Source: Octopus vulgaris (Eukaryota). From it: DNA of 64,000 bases. The notes beneath the pieces are model-generated. The model ran no database searches. It was not told where the DNA came from and saw only the letters and a list, made by a program, of their open reading frames with translations. The position numbers and the translations under genes were made by a program. Shown here piece after piece: positions 38,963 through 49,217 of this stretch. The stretch lies in contig OX597819.1 of NCBI GenBank assembly GCA_951406725.2, positions 112,220,001 through 112,284,000 on the forward strand, in the 5' to 3' direction. Each line of letters opens with the position of its first letter. The first letter of the stretch is position 1.

Positions 38963-39329
38963 AGGCTGGAACTTAAAACTTCTTTGCAAAATTAAAATCA
39001 TTCCAGAAAGCTAAAAAGTTCATTGAATGAGTGAGTCCATGTAATGTGTTTACTTAGACAAGCTGACAACTTGTTTATTTGTACATGCACATACTAACTA
39101 CACACACAAAGCAAAGAAAATAGCTATCTGTCAGTTTTGACTGAGACTATTCCAGTTATTTGATCAACTGAACTGCTTACTAATTATATAACAGTTTAAA
39201 TGGTTGAATATTCCAAAGACACTTGTACTCTTAATATAATGTGAAATCAGCCAGACAGTTTCCAAAACAACAACAAAAAAAAAGCCAGGTTCTATAAACA
39301 AGGTATTCATTCAAGGACTCCCAGTTTCT

Positions 39330-39720
39330 TATTTCTTTATTGCCCACAAGGGGGCAAACAAGAACAGGCAAATGGATTAAGTCGATTACATCGACCCCAG
39401 TGAATAACTGGTATTTAATTTATCAACCCCGAAAGGATGAAAGGCAAAGTCGACCTTGGTGGAATTTGAACTCAGAACGTAAAGACAGACGAAATACCTA
39501 TTTCTTTACTACCCACAGAGAGGACAAACAAAGACAGGCAAACGGATTAAGTCGATTACATCGACCCCAATGCGTAACTGGTACTTATTTAATCGACCCT
39601 GAAAGGATGAAAGGCTAAGTTGACCTCGGCGGAATTTGAACTCAGAACGTAAAGACAGACGAAATACCGCTAAGCATTTTGCCTGGTGTGCTAACGCTTC
39701 TGCCAGTTCGCCACCTTAAT
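39330..39720 (-). mobile_element. Dimeric SINE A with 15-bp TSD
   Basis: ggactcccagtttct at 39315-39329 and 39721-39735. Confidence 0.9.
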
Positions 39721-40398
39721 GGACTCCCAGTTTCTGTCCACCCAGAATCACTCACAAGGTAAGGGTTAGAAACTATTAACTATGGTTTGGACCAGATGGA
39801 ATTCTTTAGGGGCAGTCTTTTAACATGAGATAACTTTCTTAAAACCTAGTCTTTTAACTGCCTCTTAACTCATACAAGGCACGTGGCTTAGTGGTAAGGG
39901 GTATTCACTCTCAACCCCGAAAGGATGAAAGGCAAAGTCGACCTTGGTGGAATTTGAACTCAGAACGTAAAGACAGACGAAATACCTATTTCTTTACTAC
40001 CCACAGAGAGGACAAACAAAGACAGGCAAACGGATTAAGTCGATTACATCGACCCCAATGCGTAACTGGTACTTATTTAATCGACCCTGAAAGGATGAAA
40101 GGCTAAGTTGACCTCGGCGGAATTTGAACTCAGAACGTAAAGACAGACGAAATACCGCTAAGCATTTTGCCTGGTGTGCTAACGCTTCTGCCAGTTCGCC
40201 ACCTTAATGGACTCCCAGTTTCTGTCCACCCAGAATCACTCACAAGGTAAGGGTTAGAAACTATTAACTATGGTTTGGACCAGATGGAATTCTTTAGGGG
40301 CAGTCTTTTAACATGAGATAACTTTCTTAAAACCTAGTCTTTTAACTGCCTCTTAACTCATACAAGGCACGTGGCTTAGTGGTAAGGGGTATTCACTC
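39423..40398. repeat. 488-bp direct tandem duplication
   Basis: 39423-39910 and 39911-40398 appear identical by eye. Confidence 0.9.
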
Positions 40399-41442
40399 AT
40401 GATCGTAAGGTTGCAAGTTCAATTCCCAGTGGTGCATTGTGTTCTTGAGCAAGACACTTTATTTTATGTGACTCCAGTCCCCTCAGCTGGCAAATATGAG
40501 TAGTACCTGTAATTCAAAGAGCTGGTCTTGTCACATTCTGTGTCACACTGAATCTCCTTGAGAACTATGCACCTTAGGGTACGCGTGTCTGTGGAGCACT
40601 CAGCCACTTGTATGTTAATTTCATAAGCAGGCTGTTCTGTTGATCAGATCAACTGGAACCCTGGTCATTGTAAGCGACAGAGTGCTACCTAATATGTATA
40701 AGAATATAGATTCTAAGAAGCAAGATTCATGTGTGCGTGTGTGTGTATGTGTGTGTATGTGTATGTGGTGTGTGTGTATGTGTGTGCATGTTCATGCACA
40801 CACACACAAATAAAGCAGCAATATCATTTAACATCTGTCTTCCAAGCAGAAATGGGTTGATGGGATTGGACAGTTGGGCAAGATCTAACAGACCAGAGAA
40901 CTTCATTGAACTCCAGTATCCACTTTGGCATAGTTTCTATGGCTCAATGCCCTTGCTAGTGCCAACCACTTTACAGAATGTACTGGGTGCATTTTACATA
41001 ATATGATTGCAAAGTAACTTTGGAAAAGAAGCCCCCTCACATGAGAGAGGTTATAGCAATGAAGGAGGTAGCTCTGTGCCAGGAATTGAGATGCTAAAAT
41101 ATGATAGAGGATCAAGCACAGATGTTTTACTACAGAAGAGATATGGCTATTCTTCCTAATACAGGAGCGGGTAGGAGTAGCTAGAAAGAAGACAAAGATC
41201 TTGGTGATGAAGAGTCAGAGCATACCCTCAAGATATAACAGAGTCAGTATAAGAGAAAATACAGGTTGAGGAATGAAAAGAGTGGGGCAGGATAAATTTA
41301 TAAGAGGAAATTGATAGTTAAAGATGGGGCTAGAGGTGAATGATGTACAAGGGTGGCAGAGTGGTTTCTTACACATGCAGAGACGTCAGGTACAGTGACA
41401 AAAGCTCCAGTCAATCTGATAAACAGAACAGCCTACTCATAA

Positions 41443-41675
41443 GGTGGTGAGCTGGCAGAAACGTTAGCACACCAGGCGAAATGCTTAGTGGTATTTCGTC
41501 TGTCCTTATGTTCTGAGATCAAATTCCACCGAGGTCAACTTTGCCTTTCATCCTTTCAGGGTAGATAAATTAAGTACCAGTTACGCACTGGAGTCGATGT
41601 AATCAACTTAATCCCTTTGTCTGTCCTTGTTTGTCCCCTCTATGTTTAGCCCCTTGTGGGCAATAAAGAAATAAA
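41443..41675 (+). mobile_element. SINE A monomer with 16-bp TSD, nested in a SINE C fragment
   Basis: aacagcctactcataa at 41427-41442 and 41676-41691. Confidence 0.9.
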
Positions 41676-41745
41676 AACAGCCTACTCATAAAAATAACAT
41701 GCAAGTGACTGAGTACTCCACACACAAGTGTACCCTGTGTGAGTG

Positions 41746-41793
<48 letters not shown>

Positions 41794-43052
41794 AACTTGT
41801 AGAAGAGCAAAACAAATATAACCTTAGAGAAAAAAGGATGGTGACAAGTGTCAAAATGCTGCTGGGGAAGATCCATCCAAGCCATACGACAATAGGAAAA
41901 TGGATCAATAATGATGATGATGGCGATCAAGATTATGGTCATGAATATGATCATGATATAATCCAGCAAAGTAATTAATGAATGGGTTCCCCTGCCTTAT
42001 ACTATCTATGATCGATGCAGAGGTAGTGTGGGAAGCTTGGTGAAAATGTTGCTTGAATATGGGATACTAACTCACAAATATCACCACCATCCACTATCAG
42101 AGAGATCTAAGTAGTTTAGATCAAAGAGATCTAAATCATTAGTGTAAGTGGTAATGAATGGAAGGGACAACATGGCTATCAAGATGGGGGGCAGAAGAGA
42201 GGGTATACAGTGTCCTGACTTAAAGAAATAAACTGGAGTGTATCATATACATGAAAAATATTTAGGGACTGAAGTCCTGGACATTGAAAGTGAGGGCTGC
42301 AGTGAAAAGAAAACAGGAAAATAGAAGTTAATTATCATTAACCAGCAATGCAGTTTGACCTTTGCACTTGTTTCAATACTAACTGCAGTTAGTTAGGCCA
42401 ATGAGTAACCAGAGACAAAAGATGTCAGAGGTGACGGTGTGGGAAGGTTAAAATAACTGACATGACCTTGTGAACCCAGACTAGGCTAGACATGGTACAA
42501 ATTGAGGTTGATTTTGTGTCAAACTGACTCGAGAAAGGTGAATGTCAATCTATCAAGTATCGAAAACAGGTTTTATAAATAACAATTATGGCTTCTAACC
42601 GAAACACAAGTTGAAGAATTTTGAGAACAGTGTGGAATTAGTTATATGGACCCTGGTACTTTATTTTATTGACCACCATAGAAGGATGAAAATCGAAAGG
42701 TGAAGCTATGAAACTGAAATCAGGACCAAGAAGAAGGAGCTGCAAAATTGTAATTATTTTTTATTTTATCTAGTTTCAGCTCACGAGCTGTGGCCATGGT
42801 GGGGGACCGCCATTTGTGACAAAATTAGAAATGTGACAAAATTATAAAGAAGTCTTATCATTGCTGCTACTACTACTACTACTACTACTACATTTCATTG
42901 ATAGTTTCAGGGTTGACAAAGTAATGTATCAGTCAAGGGGTTGATGGTATTGATTAACCTTCTCCTTTCAAAAATTACAAACCTTGTACCTAAAGTAGAA
43001 ACCATTATTATTATCAGTATTATCATCATCATCATCAACATCATTATTAATG

Positions 43053-43455
43053 CAATGAGCTGGCAGAATTGTAAGCACATTGGGCAAAATGCTTAGCAGA
43101 ATTTTGTCCATCTCTATGTTCTGAGTTCAAATTCCACCAAGGTTAACTTTGCCTTTCATCCTTTCAGGATCAATAAAATAAGTAATGTAATCAAATTACC
43201 CCCTCCGCCACAATTACTCACCTTGTGACAAAATTTGAAACCATTATTATTACTATTTAAGGGAGAGTTGGCAGAATTGTTAGCACATCAGACCAAATGC
43301 TTAACAGTATTTCTTCAGGCTCTTTACATTCTGAGTTAAAATGCTGTTGAGACCATCTTTGCCTTTCATCCTTTAGGGGTCAATAAAACAAGAATTGGTT
43401 GAGCACTAGGGTTGAACTGGTCCTCTCCCTTGAAAAAGTTGCTGGCCTTGTGCTA
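43053..43455 (+). mobile_element. Two tandem older SINE A copies
   Basis: gagctggcagaatt...gcctttcatcc occurs twice. Confidence 0.75.
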
Positions 43456-44085
43456 TATATATATAAGGTTTCTCATTACAGTTCAACGCCCCTCATGGCA
43501 TGAGCACTTTTATAAATAACAGAAATTATGATTTTTAACATGATCACCAGGTTATGAATTTAGAAAAGTATATACATCAAATTAACCCAAGCACTTTATT
43601 GATCTTGGATTGATTTGGTAGCATTAGAACTCAAAATATACCTAAAGACAACTAAGCATTTTGCCAAGCACCTTACGGATTCAGTTCTCAAGCACTTTAC
43701 TGCTTTTGTCCTCTGCCCCCTATGAGATTTTTCATTCACTACCCAAATAATAATTTCAAATTTAGGCATATAGCCAGCAGCTAGTATAGATGAGGCAGTC
43801 AGTCAAATCAACTGATATTTTATTTTATCAAATCCAAAAAGGTGACAGGCAAACTTAACCTCTGTGGGATTTGAACCAGTATTCTAAGAGCCAGAACAAT
43901 TATTGCAAGGCATTTTTCCAATGCTCTAAAGACTATTTATCTACCAGCCTGCATTAACCTGACAACAAAATTTTTTTTTTTTAAATAACTGCTTCAAATA
44001 TTGGCACAAGGCCAGCAATTTTAGGAGGAGGGGGTTAGTTAAGTACATCAACAACAGTACTTGATTGGTACTCCTTTCATCATCA

Positions 44086-45867
44086 TCATTGTTCGACCGT
44101 GGTCAAGACAATGGAATTTACCATGTTGCGCCAGACTTCTCGGTCCATCATAGCATTACGGAGGTCCTGTTGCTGGATGCCTGTATCCCTGGAGATTACA
44201 TCAGGGTAGGAGAGTGTGCGCCCTCTGGTGTTGCGAGTAGATGGCTTCCAGAGGAGAAGAGTAGAAATTACTTCTTTTTCAGCTCTACAACAATGTCCAG
44301 CAAACTGGACTCTCCTACCTTTCACAAGAGATGACACAGGTGGTAATTTCCCATATATTTGCATTTTAGTTGGATGGCGCCTCCACGAGAGATTTTGAGC
44401 TCTCATAAGGAGGCGAGTGTAGGTTCCATCCAACCGCCTCTCAAGCTTCTTTGATAATGTCCAGGTTTCTGAGCCATATAGTAGAATTGGTTCGACTGTG
44501 GCTTTGAATATTTCAAGTTTGAAGTCTCTACTTAGATTTGATGACCAGATCTTATGCATGTCATTACAGGCTGACCAGGCCATACCCTTTCTAGTTAGAA
44601 AGTCTTTTCCAGATGATGATATGTATGACCCAAGATATTTATAATCAGAAACCATATTTAAAGGTGCACTGTTGAGAGTGTGGATGATGCAATCACTGTT
44701 GGACAGGCACTTGTTTATGTATTCAGTTTTGGTCTCATTGAGGTAAAGACCTACACAATTTGAGGCTTGTTCAAGAGATTGTAAAAGAGACTGGGCATTG
44801 GAGAGAGAATCACTGATAAGAGCGATGTCGTCAGCAAAGTCAGTGTCTGTCAAGTACTCAGCTGGGTGTCTGGAACTTCTTCTTGGTTTTATTTCAAAGC
44901 CCTTGCGAGAGATGGTATCAACTGACATACGTAGCACATAATCAACAACAATGATGAAAAGAAATGGGGCGAGCGTGTCTCCCTGCAGTATTCCGGCCTC
45001 GATCGAGAAAGATGATGTTTCTCCATCAGGGGTTAAGATGGTTGAAGACGTATCTGTGTAGAGGACCTTGATGGCAGAAATAATTTTGTCTGGTATCCCA
45101 TAGAGCTTAAGGATTTCAAACATCTTGTACCTATCTACAGAATCGAACGCTTTAGAAAAGTCTACAAATACCATTGTAAGATCGCGATTAAATGCTTTTG
45201 ATTCTTCAATAAGTCTGCGCAGGCATAGTATCTGGCTCAGCGTTGAGCGCCCATGTCTGAATCCATTTTGGTTCTTTTGGAGCAAAGGTTCAACAAAAAG
45301 GACAAGACGATTTAGGATCAGTTTGTTGTACAGTTTTGCAGCAATTGACATTAGAGATATGCCCCTGTAGTTGGTGACGAGGGACAAATCGCCTTTTTTG
45401 GGTATTGGAATGATTTGAGATTGGTGCCAAATCTTTGGAGCGACAAAGGTGGAAAGTGTGTGGTTGCAGAGGTTAAGCAAAAGTGTGTGAAATCTATCAT
45501 CCTTCCAAATCACAGCCGGAATGTTGTGGGGACCAAATGCTTTCGAGGCTTTTAGTTGCTTGGTGGCTGCTGTTAGTTCAAATATGGTAAAAGGGGAGGT
45601 GTTGATGTCCAGCGTGTCTGATATAGGCACACTTGGGAGAGTGGGGTTATCAGGGATTTTGGCATTCTTCCCAAGGAGGTTTTTAAAATGGGTTGACCAA
45701 TTTTCTAAACGCTTCTTAGCTGATCCCCCTTTAATTCTAATTGACGACCCAGAATTTTTGCCTGATAGGTCTTTGATGGATTTCCAGGCGAGATGGTGTT
45801 TTTTACTAATGTGCTCTTTCGATAGTTTACTAATTTTGCCATTGATAAATTCGACCTCGGCGTTCAA
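44086..45867 (-). CDS. LINE ORF C-terminal part: reverse transcriptase (frame open upstream to about 46052)
   Basis: Motifs IPIPKKGD..NYRGISL, QNGFR, FVDFSKAFDSV, GILQGDTLAPFLF, FADD, YKYLGS and LLYGSETW. Confidence 0.95.
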   Translation of the reverse strand: MNAEVEFINGKISKLSKEHISKKHHLAWKSIKDLSGKNSGSSIRIKGGSAKKRLENWSTHFKNLLGKNAKIPDNPTLPSVPISDTLDINTSPFTIFELTAATKQLKASKAFGPHNIPAVIWKDDRFHTLLLNLCNHTLSTFVAPKIWHQSQIIPIPKKGDLSLVTNYRGISLMSIAAKLYNKLILNRLVLFVEPLLQKNQNGFRHGRSTLSQILCLRRLIEESKAFNRDLTMVFVDFSKAFDSVDRYKMFEILKLYGIPDKIISAIKVLYTDTSSTILTPDGETSSFSIEAGILQGDTLAPFLFIIVVDYVLRMSVDTISRKGFEIKPRRSSRHPAEYLTDTDFADDIALISDSLSNAQSLLQSLEQASNCVGLYLNETKTEYINKCLSNSDCIIHTLNSAPLNMVSDYKYLGSYISSSGKDFLTRKGMAWSACNDMHKIWSSNLSRDFKLEIFKATVEPILLYGSETWTLSKKLERRLDGTYTRLLMRAQNLSWRRHPTKMQIYGKLPPVSSLVKGRRVQFAGHCCRAEKEVISTLLLWKPSTRNTRGRTLSYPDVISRDTGIQQQDLRNAMMDREVWRNMVNSIVLTTVEQ

Positions 45868-45956
45868 GTAAGCCTCATCAAGATTCTTCCTGGCAGCTAT
45901 GAGTTGGATCTTCAGTGACTGGGATGGAGAACGGTGGTAAGCTAGTGATATAGACT

Positions 45957-47225
45957 TTAGATGGTTTCTGGCTTCGATGACATTTGGGGAATTAGAAGGT
46001 TTGCTCTGGCCCCTACTCTTCCTTTTGGGAAGAGTAGCCAGTGCAACTTCCTTGTTGATTTGATGAGGCTGCTGTATACTTCCTCAATGTTCTCAGCATC
46101 TATTTCAGAAGTAGACAGAGATTGAAATTTGTTATAGACCTCAATAGTAAATTGTTTGGACATATCGGGGTTAGATAAGACTTCCTCCCAGTCGATCATT
46201 TTGATTGGGTAAGGCTTAGTTTTTTTGGATGAGCGAAGACTAAGCTCAACGGTAGCTGATACAATTCTGTGGTCAGAGCCGACAGAACTAAAGGAAGAGT
46301 AGGATCTCGAGTCCTTAACACTATTGCGCCATTTCTTTCGAAAGATGAGGTAGTCAATTTGTGCCCTATCACCAAGTGGGGACTCAAATGTCCAAAGTTG
46401 ACCTTTTGGTTTCATAAAAGAATTGTTGGAGGTGTAGAGATTAAATTCCTCCAAGAAGTCTTTGAGCATTTCTCCGTTCCGATTGGTTTTAGAGTTGAAA
46501 GTAAACTTGGTCTCATCGGGTCCTAGTCTAGCATTCAGATCACCAGCTATAACCAGAAAATTATGGAGAGGTACTTGCTCAATGGTTGAACGAAGGGTTG
46601 TATAGAAATTTTCAATTTCGTCTGCCACAGACGAATTATGTGGGCTATACACACATACCAATGTTGTTTTTGGGTTTCCATCTATCTCAAGCACCATAAT
46701 TCTAGGTGAGATTGACTCTATACTCAAGAGAGTATCACTAGCCTTTGATGAAAGTAGAAATCCGATACCTCCAACTGTTGAATTAACAGTATTCTTTGAT
46801 GCTGAGGAGGTTACAAGTTGATAAGAACCGACTTGATGGTATTTGAGGATGTTGTCAGGGTGGTAAAATCGGTGTTCTTGGACAGCTATTATATCAATGC
46901 CATGTGATTCTGCATTTGCACCAAGTTCTTCTAGATGGCCAAGAGAGCCGAGGGTGCGGGCATTGAGGGTGCTGAGTATCGTATGATTTTTACAGCTGAT
47001 GAGGTGTTTGTTTGGTGTTGTTTGGTTGGGGGCTGACTCTTCTCCATCAGGTGATACCCGTCTGTTAAGATTGAGGGCATCACCGTCAATGGATGCCCTT
47101 GGAGGTGCAACATGATCAGAGACAGGACCCGGCAAAGCAGGGGCTGGACCTACATCCGCAGGTATACCATTAGGTCTGGTTCCCTGGGGAAGAGGAACCC
47201 TGGTGCAGTTAATTGTAAATTCCAT
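45957..47225 (-). CDS. LINE ORF N-terminal part: apurinic-like (APE) endonuclease; frameshifted near 46052
   Basis: Motifs LNART, AVQE, AGDLNA, QIDY and SDH. Confidence 0.92.
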   Translation of the reverse strand: MEFTINCTRVPLPQGTRPNGIPADVGPAPALPGPVSDHVAPPRASIDGDALNLNRRVSPDGEESAPNQTTPNKHLISCKNHTILSTLNARTLGSLGHLEELGANAESHGIDIIAVQEHRFYHPDNILKYHQVGSYQLVTSSASKNTVNSTVGGIGFLLSSKASDTLLSIESISPRIMVLEIDGNPKTTLVCVYSPHNSSVADEIENFYTTLRSTIEQVPLHNFLVIAGDLNARLGPDETKFTFNSKTNRNGEMLKDFLEEFNLYTSNNSFMKPKGQLWTFESPLGDRAQIDYLIFRKKWRNSVKDSRSYSSFSSVGSDHRIVSATVELSLRSSKKTKPYPIKMIDWEEVLSNPDMSKQFTIEVYNKFQSLSTSEIDAENIEEVYSSLIKSTRKLHWLLFPKGRVGARANLLIPQMSSKPETI

Positions 47226-47862
47226 AGTCTTTTCAAATGGCTAATAATGTGTGCGCGCGCCACTACTACACACATTGAAAAGCATTGTACAACCAAGTAC
47301 TAAAGAAGATCTTTCCTCCTCCATGAAACAAAGCTGTTCCCGCTGGACGTCAACCCAGTACTTCTAAGCTACGGGCTGAGTGATTTATTGTAAGGTTATC
47401 TCCCTAGATAGATTGCCTTCACTACGGCTAAGGAGCCCTTTCTACCCCACTGACACAGGTTGTATTGGTTTACAGTTTACCAGTAGTAGGATCCGACGCT
47501 GCATACAACAGACCTGACCTGACAAGATCGTTCAGAATTGGTTGAGCAATGGCATTAATGGGAAGGACAAGTGAGGGAGAGCCATTTAGTACTTCAATAT
47601 TTGCGTCTGCGTATGTTTGTATAAGTGTGAATAATGTGTTTATGTGCAAGAAGGCACATGCTTTTGTCTATCGTTAATTTAATTTAAATTTTTCTCACGT
47701 TTTTCCCTTTAAAAGGGTACTCTTTTACTGATCCCTGAGAGGGATAAAAAGTAAAGTTGACCTTTGTGATATTTGAACTCGGAACATAAAGAGACAGAAG
47801 AAATGTTGCAAAATATAATGGCTTCTGATTTAGGGCAAAAAAAAAAAAAAGAAATTATATAT

Positions 47863-48275
47863 AGGCACAAGAGTAGCTGTGTGGTAAGTAGCTTGTTTAC
47901 CAACCACATGGTTCCAGGTTCAGTCCCACTGCATGGCACCTTTGGTGTCTTCTACTATAGCCTCGGGTCAACCAAAGCCTTGTGAGTTGATTTGGTAAAC
48001 GGAAACTGGAAAAAGCCTGCCATGTGTGTGTGTATATATAAATATATATATATATGTTTGTGTGTCTGTGTTTGTCCCCACACTATTGCCTGATAATTGA
48101 TGCTGGTGTGTTTACATTCCCCTAAATGTGACCACATTTAGTTGAACAAATCAACCCCAAGACTTATTCTTTGTAAGCTTAGTACTTATTCTATCGGTCT
48201 CTTTTGCAGAACCACTAAGTTAGGGGAATGTAAACACACCAGCATCAATTATCAGGCAATAGTGTGGGGACAAAC
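47863..48275. mobile_element. SINE B with an internally inverted and duplicated 3' part
   Basis: 56-bp inverted arms 48070-48125 / 48220-48275. Confidence 0.85.
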
Positions 48276-48538
48276 TATATATATATATATATATATATTA
48301 AACGATGATGATGATATATATATATATACCAATTGCCAGTGAGTGATTATTGGTCTATCACTGGAAGTAAGATCATTTCAATACATCAAGATTTAATCTT
48401 GACTGTTCTTTAATATTTTATTCATCTTTGGTTTTTCCAAAACATGTCAATGACCACTCTGAGATTTTTTTTCTTAGCTCAATTTCATTTCACTTATGCA
48501 AATTGCTTAACCCATGAATGTTTTCTATTCCCTTTTGT

Positions 48539-48776
48539 ATATATCTCTTTACTGCCCACAAGGGGCTAAACATAGAGGGAACAAACAAGGACAGACAAAG
48601 GGATTAAGTCGATTACATCGACCCCAGTGCGAAACTGGTAGTTTATTTATCGACCCCGAAAGAATGAAAGGCAAAGTCGACCTCGGCAGAATTTGAACTC
48701 AGAACGTAACGACAGACGAAATACCGCTAAGCATTTCTCCCGGTGCGCTAACGTTTCTGCCAGCTCGCCGCCTATA
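48539..48776 (-). mobile_element. SINE A monomer with 12-bp TSD
   Basis: attcccttttgt at 48527-48538 and 48777-48788. Confidence 0.9.
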
Positions 48777-48987
48777 ATTCCCTTTTGTGTATGTCTAAGT
48801 GTCACATCTGCTGAAGTTAAGATAAGACAAATGCTGAGCTGATGATACCTTTACTGGTGCAAAAACACAATTCCACAGTTATCCAGTTGTCTTCAGACAA
48901 TCAGACTGTCTTTTCTTGAAAGGCATGATGAGTATTTGAGAATTCTTGATTCTTGAGATCATCTTCCCTTCTTTCAATGTTAATACC

Positions 48988-49217
48988 TATTTCTTTATTA
49001 CCCACAAGGGGCTAAACACAGAGGGGACAAACAAGGACAGACATAGGTATTAAGTCGATTAAATCGACCCCAGTGCGTAACTGGTACTTAATTTATCGAC
49101 CCCGAAAGGATGGAAGGCAAAGTCGACCTCGGTGGAATTTGAACTCATAACGTAATGCAGACGAAATACCGCTAAGCATTTCGCCCGGCGTGCTAACGTT
49201 TCTGCCAGCTCACCGCC
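48988..49217 (-). mobile_element. SINE A monomer with 15-bp TSD
   Basis: ttcaatgttaatacc at 48973-48987 and 49218-49232. Confidence 0.9.

Larger units (their letters stand above)
44078..47715 (-). mobile_element. Full-length RTE-clade non-LTR retrotransposon
   Basis: TSD ggtactc(c/t)ttt at 44067-44077 and 47716-47726; splits a SINE A; about 490-nt 5' UTR; (TGA)n tail starts at the stop codon. Confidence 0.92.
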
